Assembly (NCBI GenBank): GCA_000146045.2
Contig: BK006947.3
Coordinates: 720,334 to 784,333, forward strand
Direction of reading: 5' to 3'
Length of the DNA stretch: 64,000 bases
Source of the DNA: TPA_inf: Saccharomyces
Lineage: Eukaryota
Made by a program: the position numbers and the translations under genes. Shown one piece after another: positions 21,778-33,391 of this stretch (positions within the stretch are counted from its first letter, which is position 1; every line of letters begins with the position of its first letter). A model generated the notes under the pieces. That model saw only the letters and a program-made list of their open reading frames with translations, searched no databases and was not told the DNA's origin.

Positions 21778-22547
21778 ACAATTTTTCATATTTAAGTAAA
21801 CACTCAATGTATAATATCCTCTAACTGTTGTAATTTCATTAACGTAGATGGTTTGCGCCTTTTTTAGGGGACTCTTGTTGATTGATTCTAACTACTGAGG
21901 CTTAAGTTGTTTCAAATAACACTTTTTCAGAAAAATAATCGTATTAAAAAGCAGAAAAATCATACGTAAGATGACAGAAGCTTCATATTTAGTAACTCTG
22001 AATTGTATAACACACCAATTGCCGATAGAATATGAACCAATCGATCTTCAGCGTTCATGTACTTAATTTAACTACCTGTATTTTCTTATAAAGATAAAAT
22101 TGGTGTATAATGTAAGGACCAAGAGAAAAAGGAATCCCGCATCCCAAGCAATTTCTAGTGGACTATTTCTTCAAAAAATAACTCAATAAACACCTATATA
22201 ATGTTCGGAGGTTATACTTTAGTGTTTTAGAATGCAGTACCAAAAGTAATATATTGAATTAATAACTATATGATGTGTAGCTAAGAATTAAATAGTAAAC
22301 GTCTTCTGAAACCTTTTAAGAGGTAATTATTGGTATTCCAAATTCATATGTGGAGGTAAGGGAGACACAAAATTATCTGGAATGACAGCGTGCTGACACC
22401 TATAAGGTTCCGTAACTTCAAATGCCTTCATTACTCAACATAGGAAAAGTGAAAGTGTGTGCCTCTAAAATATACGGAACATCGTCGAACTAAAAAAATC
22501 CATTAAGCAAAGTCAGAAACAGCATGCACTACAAGACATTTGGTTCA

Positions 22548-23207
22548 TCATGAAGAATGCTCAATTGAACCATCAATCACTTTCTCTTGTTCGATGTTAG
22601 CATTATCCTCACTATCAGTTGAATCCTCAATGCTTTCGGTTTCAGTCCTCGCATCTTCCTGAACTTCAAGATCTAAAAGAGGCTCACTCTCTTCCAGACT
22701 GGTCTCCAAGCGGTCCACGGTATCACGTAATGCCTTCACACAAGCCTTCAAAACAGATCTTGTGCTTGACCCATTTTCCTTAGCTTGAGATAGGACTGTG
22801 ATATAAGAAGCATATGTGGTAGCGAGAAATAGTATGAATAAAACGGCTTCTGGTAAAATATCTATTTTAGCAATCTTACAAGAACCTGAATAATCAAAGT
22901 TTATACCCCGTGGCATACTTGAGCAGGACATAGAACCAAATTTTGAAGCTAGAGTTACGAAAGCGGTAAACCACAGGACGGTCTGAACAATTTCCATCAC
23001 GAATATTAACAGAACAGGCAAAAATCTCACAATCCCAAAATAAACTGAAGATATGATTGAAACAGCTAAGCTCAATCTAAGGATTCGATCCACTTTATAG
23101 TTTGTGATTATGGCAAAACTAGCTAACAACAAGTTAGTTACAGATAAGCCAAGTTGGAAATATCTTAGTACGTGGAAAGTAACGGATGTTGTTGTTAACT
23201 TTAACAT
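22548..23207 (-). CDS. YNR061C: Small multi-TM membrane protein of unknown function with an acidic C-terminus, 219 aa.
   Basis: ATG verified; about 4 predicted TM helices. Confidence 0.7.
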   Translation of the reverse strand: MLKLTTTSVTFHVLRYFQLGLSVTNLLLASFAIITNYKVDRILRLSLAVSIISSVYFGIVRFLPVLLIFVMEIVQTVLWFTAFVTLASKFGSMSCSSMPRGINFDYSGSCKIAKIDILPEAVLFILFLATTYASYITVLSQAKENGSSTRSVLKACVKALRDTVDRLETSLEESEPLLDLEVQEDARTETESIEDSTDSEDNANIEQEKVIDGSIEHSS

Positions 23208-24026
23208 ATATGTATTGAGTTATTATTATAGATCTTGACTTGGTAACAAAATATCAAGCTGTAAGCACCGCCTGTATTCTCCTATTTATGGTTGATTATA
23301 TTTTACTTCTGTTGAACCAAGAAAAAAATAGCAACTCGAAAAGTCGCTTATTCATTCACTTTTTTAATTTTTTTACATATCGCATACGTAATTGGAAACA
23401 CGCAATTTTAACTTTGGGCAAATACATAAATCATTTTGAGAAGTTGGTTTTTAGTCTCCGAGAGATTATAAACCAACATCCTTAAAAGATAGTATTCATT
23501 TCTCACCTGCCAATGCAAGAGCAGATATTATTCAGCAAGCAGTACAGCAAATCGGAAGCGAATTCCAATGACAATTTGCAGAATAAGATTAGAATAATAT
23601 ATTGAGATTAAAGAAAAGGTTATGCGAATTGCCTAACGTCTTTAACTTTGAAGCGGCCAAACTCTAAAAAACCTTGGTTAAAATACAAGCTTTGGCGTCC
23701 ATGCAAACTGATTACATCATTCAGTATAAAGTGCCATATAAAAGAGGCACACACTTTTCCACAACTGGTTTGAATATAATAGAAGAATAAATCAGAAGGA
23801 AACTTTAAATATTAGTAATATTTATTTATGGCCGCTAAAAGATTAGTCCGGATATATCACTATAGAAATGGTAAAGATAATACACTATCATTTCCAAATG
23901 TAAAATTTGTTGATAGAACGCCATAAAAAAGAGGCTGACTTTTTGTCGTCCAAGTTCTTCGAAAAAATATACGTCAATGGCACCCGATATATAGCTGGAT
24001 TTGGACCAGTATATGTCTAAGGAAAT

Positions 24027-25010
24027 CTAACACCTTTTTTTCCTGAGCCAAATAAGCGGTGGAATTGAAACAGCTACCAAAATCATACCAAATCCAACCG
24101 CAATTGAAAGCCCCAATCTTGTGCCATAAAGAGCTGCTAATACAATCGGTGCCACCAGTTTACCAATCCCAGAGATTGCTCCAATTGAAGGCATCAACTG
24201 GACCTTGAGTTTGGGGTCGATGTACATGGAAAAAAGGGCTGGAATGCTCGAAGCCAAAAAGTTGTACCCTAACAATGTAATCGACATCCCAGCTGAAAAA
24301 AATATACCAGAATTTGTGGGTGGCATTGATTTATGCTTCAAGGCTTCGGATGCTCCAATCATAAAAGCTTGTCCCAGCAATGAAACAAACAATGCAAAGA
24401 TGGACAGAAAAACTTGACCGCTGTACAGCGAATCTTTTTTCTTTACCTCAACGGTCTCACTTCCAGTTGTATCTGACTCTTCTAATCCGCCATCTTTGGC
24501 TCTGCCGCAGGAGCACCCGACGTTTATTAACTTTGGAGCGAAATAGCTTCCAGTCACACCAAGTATAGATGCGACCATAAACGCTATGCCTTGAAACTTG
24601 GTGTCCCAGTTAACGTGGAGCGTCAGGAATAGTGGCATAAAATAAACTACTTCGCTCATAATAAATGACGATAGGAACATGCTCCATAGTAAAATCAAGC
24701 AGGAGATGAGTTTTTTTCTTTCGACTCTAAAAAATTGTTTCAGAGCACTGAAAAGGCTATTTTCCGAATTTGTAACTTTAACCTCAGGATTTTCCAGAAC
24801 GACAACTAATAAAAGGCATACTGCAAGAATTATGAAACTGGAGGCAAATGTCGGTGCATTGTAAGAGGCAATGCGATACCCTTTAATTTTAAAATCGCAA
24901 TATCCAAAAAATATGACAATTAATTGTGCCAACGCCATGAAGATACCAGCCGCTGCTCGATAAATTGATAGAAGCTTGAAAACGATACCCCTATCTTGTG
25001 CAATTGACAT
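24027..25010 (-). CDS. PUL3: MFS-like (monocarboxylate-transporter-like) membrane protein, 327 aa from the first ATG; apparently 5'-truncated (see findings).
   Basis: The track ORF starts at a TTG (25245-25247). The first in-frame ATG is at plus 25008-25010 (MSIAQDRGIVFKLL...). Polytopic throughout. Confidence 0.7.
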   Translation of the reverse strand: MSIAQDRGIVFKLLSIYRAAAGIFMALAQLIVIFFGYCDFKIKGYRIASYNAPTFASSFIILAVCLLLVVVLENPEVKVTNSENSLFSALKQFFRVERKKLISCLILLWSMFLSSFIMSEVVYFMPLFLTLHVNWDTKFQGIAFMVASILGVTGSYFAPKLINVGCSCGRAKDGGLEESDTTGSETVEVKKKDSLYSGQVFLSIFALFVSLLGQAFMIGASEALKHKSMPPTNSGIFFSAGMSITLLGYNFLASSIPALFSMYIDPKLKVQLMPSIGAISGIGKLVAPIVLAALYGTRLGLSIAVGFGMILVAVSIPPLIWLRKKRC

Positions 25011-26609
25011 GATGTAACTGAACACTATAGCACCAGAAGCAGATGCTGCACCACATATAATACGCCCACCGAGAAGGGTGTTTAGCGACACTGCACCGCC
25101 GCATGAATACAAAAAATTACCCACAAAGGATAAAAAGTAAAGCCCCACTATTACCCATTTAATGGACCCAAGAAAAGCAGCAATATCCCCAATAATGAAT
25201 GAAACAAAAACTTGAACTGCTGCAGAAATGGCTTGAATTCTGAACAAGAATTTGTCCGGATTGGTTTCTCCGTTCTCTAAATTGTTAGCATACTAGTTCA
25301 TTGAAATTATCTTAGATTTACATTAACACTTACTTCTTTGATGTAGTCAACCACACTTGAGAGATATACACAGGAGTCGAAACTGAATTGGACAGCTATC
25401 AAAATTACAGCCAAGTATTTCAAAAACATGTGTTTCTTGACACCTAAGATTTTTTTCATTTTAATTTATTGTACCACCGTCGAGTGAAATGGATGGATTT
25501 GTAATGCAATTGAGATACAATTAAGAAGAACGAAAGAGTACTTGACAACTAGAAAGTAATGTTAACTGATCTTTTATATGATGATTATTTATTGACGGCG
25601 ATTCTTTTCCAGATTAGGAAATTTTGTTCCGCTTAGAATGGGATAGGCTTGTTTGGGCGCTATACTTCTGTATCAAAATAGTAAAATCAACTTATTTTAG
25701 TAATAGAAGAGAACAGTAGGCGTTTGGTAATTCTAATTACCTAGACTGTCCCCCATTTCCAGACAGCTGTCCCATATTTTTTTGAGATTCCGACGTCGAA
25801 GCGAAAGACTAGAAGAATAAGTAAAGTGGTCCTTTGTAAGCATAAAGACAAAGGCATGTGAGAAAAGTAAGTGTCTTCGCGATTCGCCGTTGTAAATATG
25901 TATCAGCTTTTTTTACTGCCTTTTCCTGGCGGATCACAGTAATGTATTTTTTTTTTTATATAATTCGAGCTCTACACTCAAGCATACATATATAGAATAG
26001 CTCAGTTTTAATGGGCTTTCTCGAGAACTATTCACCCAGAAGGATATCCTGAGCCTTATATTTAGATGTAACTTAGTAAAGTGAGAGTATTATGAATAAC
26101 TTTTGAAGCTAACAAAATATCAGAAATTAAACTTCATTCAAGAATGTATTTATCTAGAAACTGGTCTTTGGCAAATGGCTCCGATGGCACACATGCAATG
26201 TTCTTGGTAAAAACTAATTTATTATTAGGCCAGTACAGAATAAAAGTTGTCATAAGAAAACTTCATTACATTTTATCTCCTCTGGCAAGTATCCAAATTC
26301 GAAAACCTCAGAAACCAGCGTTCCACCTAAAGTTTGTTTGCCCGTATGTTAAAACAGTAGCTGCCAAGTCACTTGAGTTTGAAGAATAATCTGATGCTTT
26401 TTACATAGAGGTCTATTAGGCTCTTTACTTTGTAAGCATCTCGACTTAAAAAAAAAATCTATTGTTTTTACGGGCATCGCTGAAAAACTGTGTCTGTTCT
26501 CTTTGATGCTGTCATCTAAGATTCAATTAAAGTCGACCATCAAGTTCCCTTAATAATATCCCTTGTGAGAGCTTAATCTAAAACTACAAAAGCGTTCGCA
26601 ACAAGCAGT

Positions 26610-28433
26610 ATGGACAGATCTAAGGACGCTAGAAAGAGATCTATTAGTTTGGCCTGTACTGTGTGTAGGAAACGAAAGTTGAAGTGCGATGGGAACAAGC
26701 CATGTGGAAGATGTATAAGGCTAAATACACCAAAAGAATGCATTTATAATATTGATAAAAGGAAAGACAAGAGAAAAATCAAAAACGGGTCGAAGGTTTT
26801 TTTATTCAAGAATAATACTATCGATAACGGGAATAACTCTATACTAGAGAACAAAGGACTAAATGAAGACCTTTCTTCTCATATATATGAGAAAGAAGCG
26901 CCAAAATTCGATTCAGATATTGATATATCAAGATTTGGCACAAATGATGCTGTGATTTTTAATAATGACGGGTGGGACACTTCTCTTCCGATCGATTTTG
27001 ATTTCGATGAGTTTAACACTGAGACAACAGATTTCGATGACTTTTTAAAACTATTAGGCGATAATTCACCTTCAAAGGAACAAAAAAGTCTTTCCTATTC
27101 ACCTACTGCTACAGGCTTAAGCGGTGTGGTTAAAGAAACTGAGAGCGAAGATAACGCTCCTACGAGGTCTCGGCTAATCGATGTCTTGTTTGAGAACAAG
27201 CTTCACTCCGTACCAGGAATATCAAAATGGCATCTATATGAGCTGGAATCCCAATACCCAAATTTGGAATGTACAGAAGGAAATAGTGATGAAAAGTTTT
27301 TACTTTCAACTGTATTGTGCCTGGGGTCGTTGACCATACGAAAAAGGGAACTATTGAATCATTCGAACATAGACAATCGTCCACTTTTGCCGGAGAATAG
27401 TATTTCAAAACTGACCACTGATGCTTTTAAGTACTATAATGCTGCGAAAACGCTTGTTCCCGACTTGTTATCTCATCCCACAATCGATGGATTTTGCGGC
27501 CTCGTTCTAATGGCAAATTTCATGACGATGATGATATCCTTAGAGCACCAATTATATTTGAGTATAAATGCTTTACAACTTGCTGTGGCTTTAAACTTGA
27601 ACAACAATACAAAATGCAAGGAATTACTTGAGTCGAACAGCGACGGAATTGGTGTGATCTTGCTTTTTTGGAACATTTGGTGTTCTTCTTGCATGTTGGC
27701 AACAATTCATGGAAAAAATCCTTTTATCACTTTGGAACAAATTACAACACCTCTGCCGTGTGAAATATCCCCCCGCAATAAAACTAATAAACTTTTGATA
27801 GATTTCATGCAAATCAGAATCAAGCTAGCCACTCTACAAAGTAAGATTTTTCAACGGCTATATACTTCCAGCACCGCAAACGAGGTACCATTCGTAAACT
27901 TAGAAAGAGAATTTGAGGAGGTTTCACTCCAGATTACCAGGTTAAAAGGCTTTCCGATATTCGAAGAACATCTTTTTTACAGGAGCAGAGTCTTAATGTT
28001 AGAGCTATCATGTTTAAGAGCTCAAGCTTCTTTTCTATTATATCGTCCGTATCTGATCACTGGAGAATCCTTACAAGCAGTAACCATGGCAAAATCAATA
28101 ATTCACGAAATATGGAGTCAATACACTAAACAGTTTCCCGATAACGAAAAGGAAAGGCATGAACGTTTGGATTGGAATTTTTGTTATCCTTTAAGAACAG
28201 CGTCACTGACATTATGTATTTCATGTATTATACTCCTAAGGTATAAGCAGGTGGTGCAGTTCCTTAAAGGTACTGAACTATTTGAATACATTCTAGCATT
28301 GGAAATATTGCAAGATTTAGTTCAGGTACTTCCTATTGAACAAAACCTTATTGATATAATCAAATATCCGATCAGTCCAGTACAGCTGAGTGGTGATAGC
28401 TTTGTCGAATTTTGGGGTCGCATACTTTACTAA
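26610..28433 (+). CDS. PUL4: Zn(II)2Cys6 binuclear-cluster transcription factor, 607 aa.
   Basis: ATG verified; N-terminal CTVCRKRKLKCDGNKPCGRC zinc cluster. Confidence 0.85.
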   Translation: MDRSKDARKRSISLACTVCRKRKLKCDGNKPCGRCIRLNTPKECIYNIDKRKDKRKIKNGSKVFLFKNNTIDNGNNSILENKGLNEDLSSHIYEKEAPKFDSDIDISRFGTNDAVIFNNDGWDTSLPIDFDFDEFNTETTDFDDFLKLLGDNSPSKEQKSLSYSPTATGLSGVVKETESEDNAPTRSRLIDVLFENKLHSVPGISKWHLYELESQYPNLECTEGNSDEKFLLSTVLCLGSLTIRKRELLNHSNIDNRPLLPENSISKLTTDAFKYYNAAKTLVPDLLSHPTIDGFCGLVLMANFMTMMISLEHQLYLSINALQLAVALNLNNNTKCKELLESNSDGIGVILLFWNIWCSSCMLATIHGKNPFITLEQITTPLPCEISPRNKTNKLLIDFMQIRIKLATLQSKIFQRLYTSSTANEVPFVNLEREFEEVSLQITRLKGFPIFEEHLFYRSRVLMLELSCLRAQASFLLYRPYLITGESLQAVTMAKSIIHEIWSQYTKQFPDNEKERHERLDWNFCYPLRTASLTLCISCIILLRYKQVVQFLKGTELFEYILALEILQDLVQVLPIEQNLIDIIKYPISPVQLSGDSFVEFWGRILY

Positions 28434-28802
28434 ACCGTTTCCTAGCTGATTTTTTGACACTTTATTCAGAAATGACCTTTTGAGATACAAGTTTACTAGG
28501 GGAAAGATCCATATGACATGGTAGTAGGTTTACCCTTCAAAACAACATAGATCGTAAAAAAGGTGGCTGAAGAACTTACTAAAAATGTTATATGCTTAGA
28601 TTAATATATTGTCACCGGGCTACCAGTACAAACCCTTGATAATGCGACCAGACATCTGTTTTGACTTATTTATGAGCAATAATGGGTAACAAAAGAACGC
28701 TCTGAGGCAACTCTATGTGAGTCGAAACATATGTGTTTTTGGCAATTAAACAAAATACGAGAGATTCTTCTCAGAAAACATTGTCACAAGAACTTAGTAT
28801 CT

Positions 28803-29675
28803 TTAATTTTCTGCAAACATACTGATGATTTCTTCGGCAATAGCAACTACGTGAGTTTCAAGCGCAAAATGGCCAGTATCATAGTAAACAACCTTTAAAT
28901 TATCAACGTCTTTCCGATAAGCTTCAGCCCCGGCAACGCTAAAAATAGTATCATTCGCACCCCATGCAACTAGCACAGGAATCTTTGAATCTCTCAAGAA
29001 CTTTTGAAAGGCTGGGTACAACTTTATATTATTCTGATAATCGAAAAATAATCTCAATTGAATATCGGTCTGGCCGGTACGCTGAATTAGCGCAATATCA
29101 AGCGTATAAGCGGCGGGATCAACAGATTCGATAGCTGGTACTCCATCATGGTACTGGCATATGACATTAGCTGGATCTTCAAGGTACGGGATAAGGGATT
29201 TAACAAATACCGGATCACTTTGATATGACTTCCAATATTCCTTCAACGGACCCCAAAAGCGGTCATCGAGACCCTCTTCGTAAGCATTACCGTTTTGAGT
29301 AACAATGCCAGTAATTCTGGAGGGAAACTTCAAGGCTAACCGAAAACCTACCGGAGATCCATAATCAAATATATACATGGCAAATTTTTCAATACTCAAA
29401 GTATCTAACAAATATCCTATACTTTCACAAAGGGAATCAAAGCTGAACTTGTAGTTTTCTGGCGTTTCCGTAAATCCGAACCCAGGAAGATCCGGAGCAA
29501 TGATGTGAAACTGTCCAGCTAGTAAGGGAATGAGGTTCCTGAACATGTTGGAAGATGTAGGGAACCCATGTAGCAATAAAATTGTGGGGTTACCTGCTGC
29601 ACCGGCCTCACGGTACCAAACCTTTACACCGTCTTGAACTTGAATCTTGTGAAATCTTGCAATGATATTTGACAT
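28803..29675 (-). CDS. YNR064C: Alpha/beta-hydrolase-fold epoxide hydrolase-like protein, 290 aa.
   Basis: ATG verified; HGFPTSS oxyanion-hole motif and abhydrolase core. Confidence 0.85.
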   Translation of the reverse strand: MSNIIARFHKIQVQDGVKVWYREAGAAGNPTILLLHGFPTSSNMFRNLIPLLAGQFHIIAPDLPGFGFTETPENYKFSFDSLCESIGYLLDTLSIEKFAMYIFDYGSPVGFRLALKFPSRITGIVTQNGNAYEEGLDDRFWGPLKEYWKSYQSDPVFVKSLIPYLEDPANVICQYHDGVPAIESVDPAAYTLDIALIQRTGQTDIQLRLFFDYQNNIKLYPAFQKFLRDSKIPVLVAWGANDTIFSVAGAEAYRKDVDNLKVVYYDTGHFALETHVVAIAEEIISMFAEN

Positions 29676-29753
29676 TTTTGTCCTTCGTCCAATTCTGACA
29701 GTGAAAGAAAAGTGGTCAAGTTCAGTTAATTTGATCGTGCTTATATATGTTCT

Positions 29754-29790
29754 TTTTGGCTCCTATCACTTTTGGCTCCTATCACTTTTG
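29754..29790. repeat. Tandem duplication (2.3 copies) of the 16-mer TTTTGGCTCCTATCAC in the YNR064C promoter.
   Basis: Direct repeat read from the sequence, 80-115 bp upstream of the YNR064C ATG. Confidence 0.7.
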
Positions 29791-30016
29791 AAATTTCTGT
29801 CACGATTATGTGCGGCGCAGTCCCTAGGCAAGTTACAGACGAATGGCATGCAGCGCCGTCTGTGGAAAAGATGAATACTGAATTATCATACCTTTAAATG
29901 ACTATGTTAATAACAAAGGTGAATGGAGATTTAGAAAATGCACAATATTGAGAAAATGCATATGCGTACTTTTTGTTAGCAAACATACGATTATTTAGTC
30001 TATTAAAAAAATCTAT

Positions 30017-33000
30017 TTACTCGTCCTCGTTGCGCACAGCAGTTGAATCAGGCTTGTGAATAGCACTACGTGCTGGCAATGCGTCTGGAATATTGCTAGT
30101 GGCAGGCTGGTCTATCTGTGACGTGTGCTCTTGTTCGGGTCTGTAAGCATCTTCTTGTTCAATTTCAAAATTACTGTCTTGACTTGTGAAACTGGATAAA
30201 TCGTTAGCATCTTCATGCAAGCCATCTGATTCATCTGAAAACTGACCCTGAAGCAGCGAAGAGTAAGTAGGACCTTTTCTGTTGCCAAACCTTGCCCTTA
30301 ATTTTGAAGAAAAGCGTGCTACACCTGCCTTCGTGCGTTGAAATGCAGACTTGGTAATTAAAGAAATGCATAATCCTAGTCTTACAATGATGTTGACAAC
30401 TCTATCGGTCCTATTGTTTTCTATCAGCCCATCGTCTCCTAATCTTATTTCTTCAAATCTTGAAAATCCCCCATTTCTCCTGATACCTCTATCGTATACA
30501 AACCATGCGGCAAAGAAAATAACGAGAAGAATTGTAACAAAAACCAGCGCATAAGCGCCGGTGTTTATAGAATATTTTTCCCTGAATGCCTTTTCTTTTC
30601 CCGGACAAGGATGTGGTGCTAAATGTGCATCCAATTTCAGCCCACCTTTACAGGTTGATAAGGGAATTTTTCGATAGCCAGAGGAATCATAGTATTCAAT
30701 TAAGTCGGGTTCCTTTTTGCAGATATCGGCACCATTCGCCGAACTTAAGCCTTTGACTAATTTACAAGTACCATCACTGGCTTTATAAAAATTATAGTCA
30801 CATTCGAAATCTTGCCTCGTACATGAACAGTTTTTGACGTTCCTCGAAAATTCAGAAAGTGGAATATTCCCAATAAAACATTTTTCATCGGTTTTACGTA
30901 AAAACTCGGTTTGATGACCAAATAGACAACCAGTTCTGGAACCCAGAGGAGAGTACTTAAAATCTGCCCTTTTTTTACCCGTAATATCAAACTCACATTG
31001 CCTCTCGAAGATGTTTCTAAAATCAATTGTATACGTTCTGAATGAACCACTACCCATGTTTTTTGCTTCTCCAAATAGCAAAAACCTCAAAGCAGAATCT
31101 CTGGGAACGGTGATTATATCCTTTACGAGGACTTTGTCGCCACAGAATTTATAATCTTTCCATGTTTTACCAAAATCGGTGGAGTAAGAAATAGAATCAG
31201 TTTCTGCGTTTTCGGGGACCAAAACCAAGACTCCACCATGATCACCGTACTCCCATTGATGGGGGCCTTTTTTAACCTCAGTCCACGTCTCTCCTCCATC
31301 AGTGGTTAAAAAAGTGGAACACTCCTCATATGGTAGAAGCTTATCGCCAACATTTCCGACACCAAACATCATTCCTAACGCGGAACCGGAGGAATATGTA
31401 TCCCTGATATCCTTACGTTCAGTGTAACCATGCAAATGTAGAGAACATTTATCTAATGATACAGAATCACAGGGAAACTTTTTCCCTTCCGAATCCTTCT
31501 TTGGAGGCTTCAAAAAGTTCCAATCTGAACCGTCATTAAAGGTGATTTTCGTCTTCAATTGTTCGTCTTCCTTGTTCTCTCCAACCTTTTCCCTATTCGA
31601 AACGATGTTGGTAATAATAATACCTTCAAGACCTTGAACTTTTTCAAAGTCGACATAACCGAATGTGTTTCTATTAACGGCATGCTCTAAAGTGACAAAA
31701 GAAGTACCATTCGAGTTGGATTTCAAAAGGTTTCCAAAATCGTGTCCTGATTCTAAGTTTGTTGCTAAATGTAAAAATATCGATCCTTTCTCAGATCCTA
31801 AAATAGTGAATGCCTCTTGCTTACTAACATCTTGACCATACGGGAATTTTGCCTCGGCAAACTCAGTACCATCAATAGTTACATATGCCCTCAACTCATT
31901 GTCTTCATGAGGTACGGCAACAATAATATAGCCACCAGTGGACAAGTAGCCGATAATGTTTTCAAAGATAATTTTATTATCACCTTGGAAAAAATCTATC
32001 GAAGAAACCAAGCTTCTTGTTTCTGAAGACTTCTTTTTTACTTGGCACATAACCATCTCCTCATTTGACGGATATTCAAAGAGTGTGCCTGCAAACTCAC
32101 AATGAATTGCATTATCAAGCATTTCTGTAAAAGTTTCACCTCCATCTTTGGTGAGGTATGCTACTGCATGACATTCTGGACTTAAGATTGATTCACAATT
32201 CTTGCCACCATAGTAAATAAAAGTATCCTGTGCTTTAGCACTAAAATCTAGTGGCATACCTAATTGCCTGGCTTCAGGTAATTTAGCTATCATAAAAGAG
32301 TGTCCTCTATCGTGTGTTGAGAATATGTTACCTTTAGAGCCAAACAAATATGCTGAAGAATTGAAATATGGGTTAAACACAACTTCAACAATTTTTTCGC
32401 CGTTAGTGTCAAACCTTTTTATTGTTTGTCCACCATCGTGGGATATATAGGCGTCTCCTATCGAATTCAGCATGACCAAAGATTCGTCGGCAACTGTATC
32501 GAAGTATTGGTAAAATTTAATTTCGAAGTCAAATTTGTTTTCAGTGGTCACTATTTCCCTGTCACTCGAACCCTCCTCTGGAATTTCGTCACACGGAATA
32601 TCAACGGGTTCAATTTTCATGGGTGTTTTACATTCATCACCTTTGATTAATTGTAATGGCTCTACTAACACAGATTTATCCTTCGATTTGTCACATATGT
32701 TGGAAAAGGCAATCAGATTATAATCTGGTATACACAGGCCGTTTGCGTCCCTAACAAATTCAAACGAACATTCGTAGTCGGATTCACCACAACTATTACA
32801 AGGCGTTTCATCTAAACTCAAATCTTTGAATGCTTTTTTTACCAAACACTGGGCGTCTTGTTTCCTCCTTCTATACTTGTATTTGGCGCCATTAACACAT
32901 TTCCCATCCGCCAAATCCCAATCTTCAAAATCTTCCTCCTCACACGTTCTAGAGTCGAATGCTGCTGAAAAATCAATTATATACTCGACACCTTTTAAAG

Positions 33001-33367
33001 AAGTTATACTGTTGGTTTCGGAATCGGTAGTGGCAAACGTTCCTTTAAAAATAAATTTTGAGCCAGATCCATCTGGTGTTGGATTTATCAATTTGTAGGG
33101 ATGGACAGAACTTATGGCATTGGTCAGCTCATATTCATTCCATGTTCTACCTTGGTCCAAAGAATAATAAAATTCAGATTGAAAATCGCCATCTTCCTCT
33201 GGATCATATGGGATATACACAATAATATTTCCCAGGTCACCAGTAGCATATAACCCAGAAGAATTATGAACAAATCTCCACGTTAAACCGCCATCTCTAG
33301 AGATGAAAGTTTTTTGGTCTTCCCAATCGAATTCACTACCGTCGCCAACGGAACCTGTCATTAACAT
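30017..33367 (-). CDS. YNR065C: C-terminal ~70% of a Vps10/sortilin-family receptor (VPS10 domain with BNR/Asp-box repeats, TM segment, cytosolic tail), 1116 aa.
   Basis: ATG verified. Repeated SxDxGxTW motifs ([40 protein letters not shown]) and a single TM ([21 protein letters not shown]) near the C-terminus. Confidence 0.85.
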   Translation of the reverse strand: MLMTGSVGDGSEFDWEDQKTFISRDGGLTWRFVHNSSGLYATGDLGNIIVYIPYDPEEDGDFQSEFYYSLDQGRTWNEYELTNAISSVHPYKLINPTPDGSGSKFIFKGTFATTDSETNSITSLKGVEYIIDFSAAFDSRTCEEEDFEDWDLADGKCVNGAKYKYRRRKQDAQCLVKKAFKDLSLDETPCNSCGESDYECSFEFVRDANGLCIPDYNLIAFSNICDKSKDKSVLVEPLQLIKGDECKTPMKIEPVDIPCDEIPEEGSSDREIVTTENKFDFEIKFYQYFDTVADESLVMLNSIGDAYISHDGGQTIKRFDTNGEKIVEVVFNPYFNSSAYLFGSKGNIFSTHDRGHSFMIAKLPEARQLGMPLDFSAKAQDTFIYYGGKNCESILSPECHAVAYLTKDGGETFTEMLDNAIHCEFAGTLFEYPSNEEMVMCQVKKKSSETRSLVSSIDFFQGDNKIIFENIIGYLSTGGYIIVAVPHEDNELRAYVTIDGTEFAEAKFPYGQDVSKQEAFTILGSEKGSIFLHLATNLESGHDFGNLLKSNSNGTSFVTLEHAVNRNTFGYVDFEKVQGLEGIIITNIVSNREKVGENKEDEQLKTKITFNDGSDWNFLKPPKKDSEGKKFPCDSVSLDKCSLHLHGYTERKDIRDTYSSGSALGMMFGVGNVGDKLLPYEECSTFLTTDGGETWTEVKKGPHQWEYGDHGGVLVLVPENAETDSISYSTDFGKTWKDYKFCGDKVLVKDIITVPRDSALRFLLFGEAKNMGSGSFRTYTIDFRNIFERQCEFDITGKKRADFKYSPLGSRTGCLFGHQTEFLRKTDEKCFIGNIPLSEFSRNVKNCSCTRQDFECDYNFYKASDGTCKLVKGLSSANGADICKKEPDLIEYYDSSGYRKIPLSTCKGGLKLDAHLAPHPCPGKEKAFREKYSINTGAYALVFVTILLVIFFAAWFVYDRGIRRNGGFSRFEEIRLGDDGLIENNRTDRVVNIIVRLGLCISLITKSAFQRTKAGVARFSSKLRARFGNRKGPTYSSLLQGQFSDESDGLHEDANDLSSFTSQDSNFEIEQEDAYRPEQEHTSQIDQPATSNIPDALPARSAIHKPDSTAVRNEDE

Positions 33368-33391
33368 AATTCCGGCAGTAGGATTTGAGAT

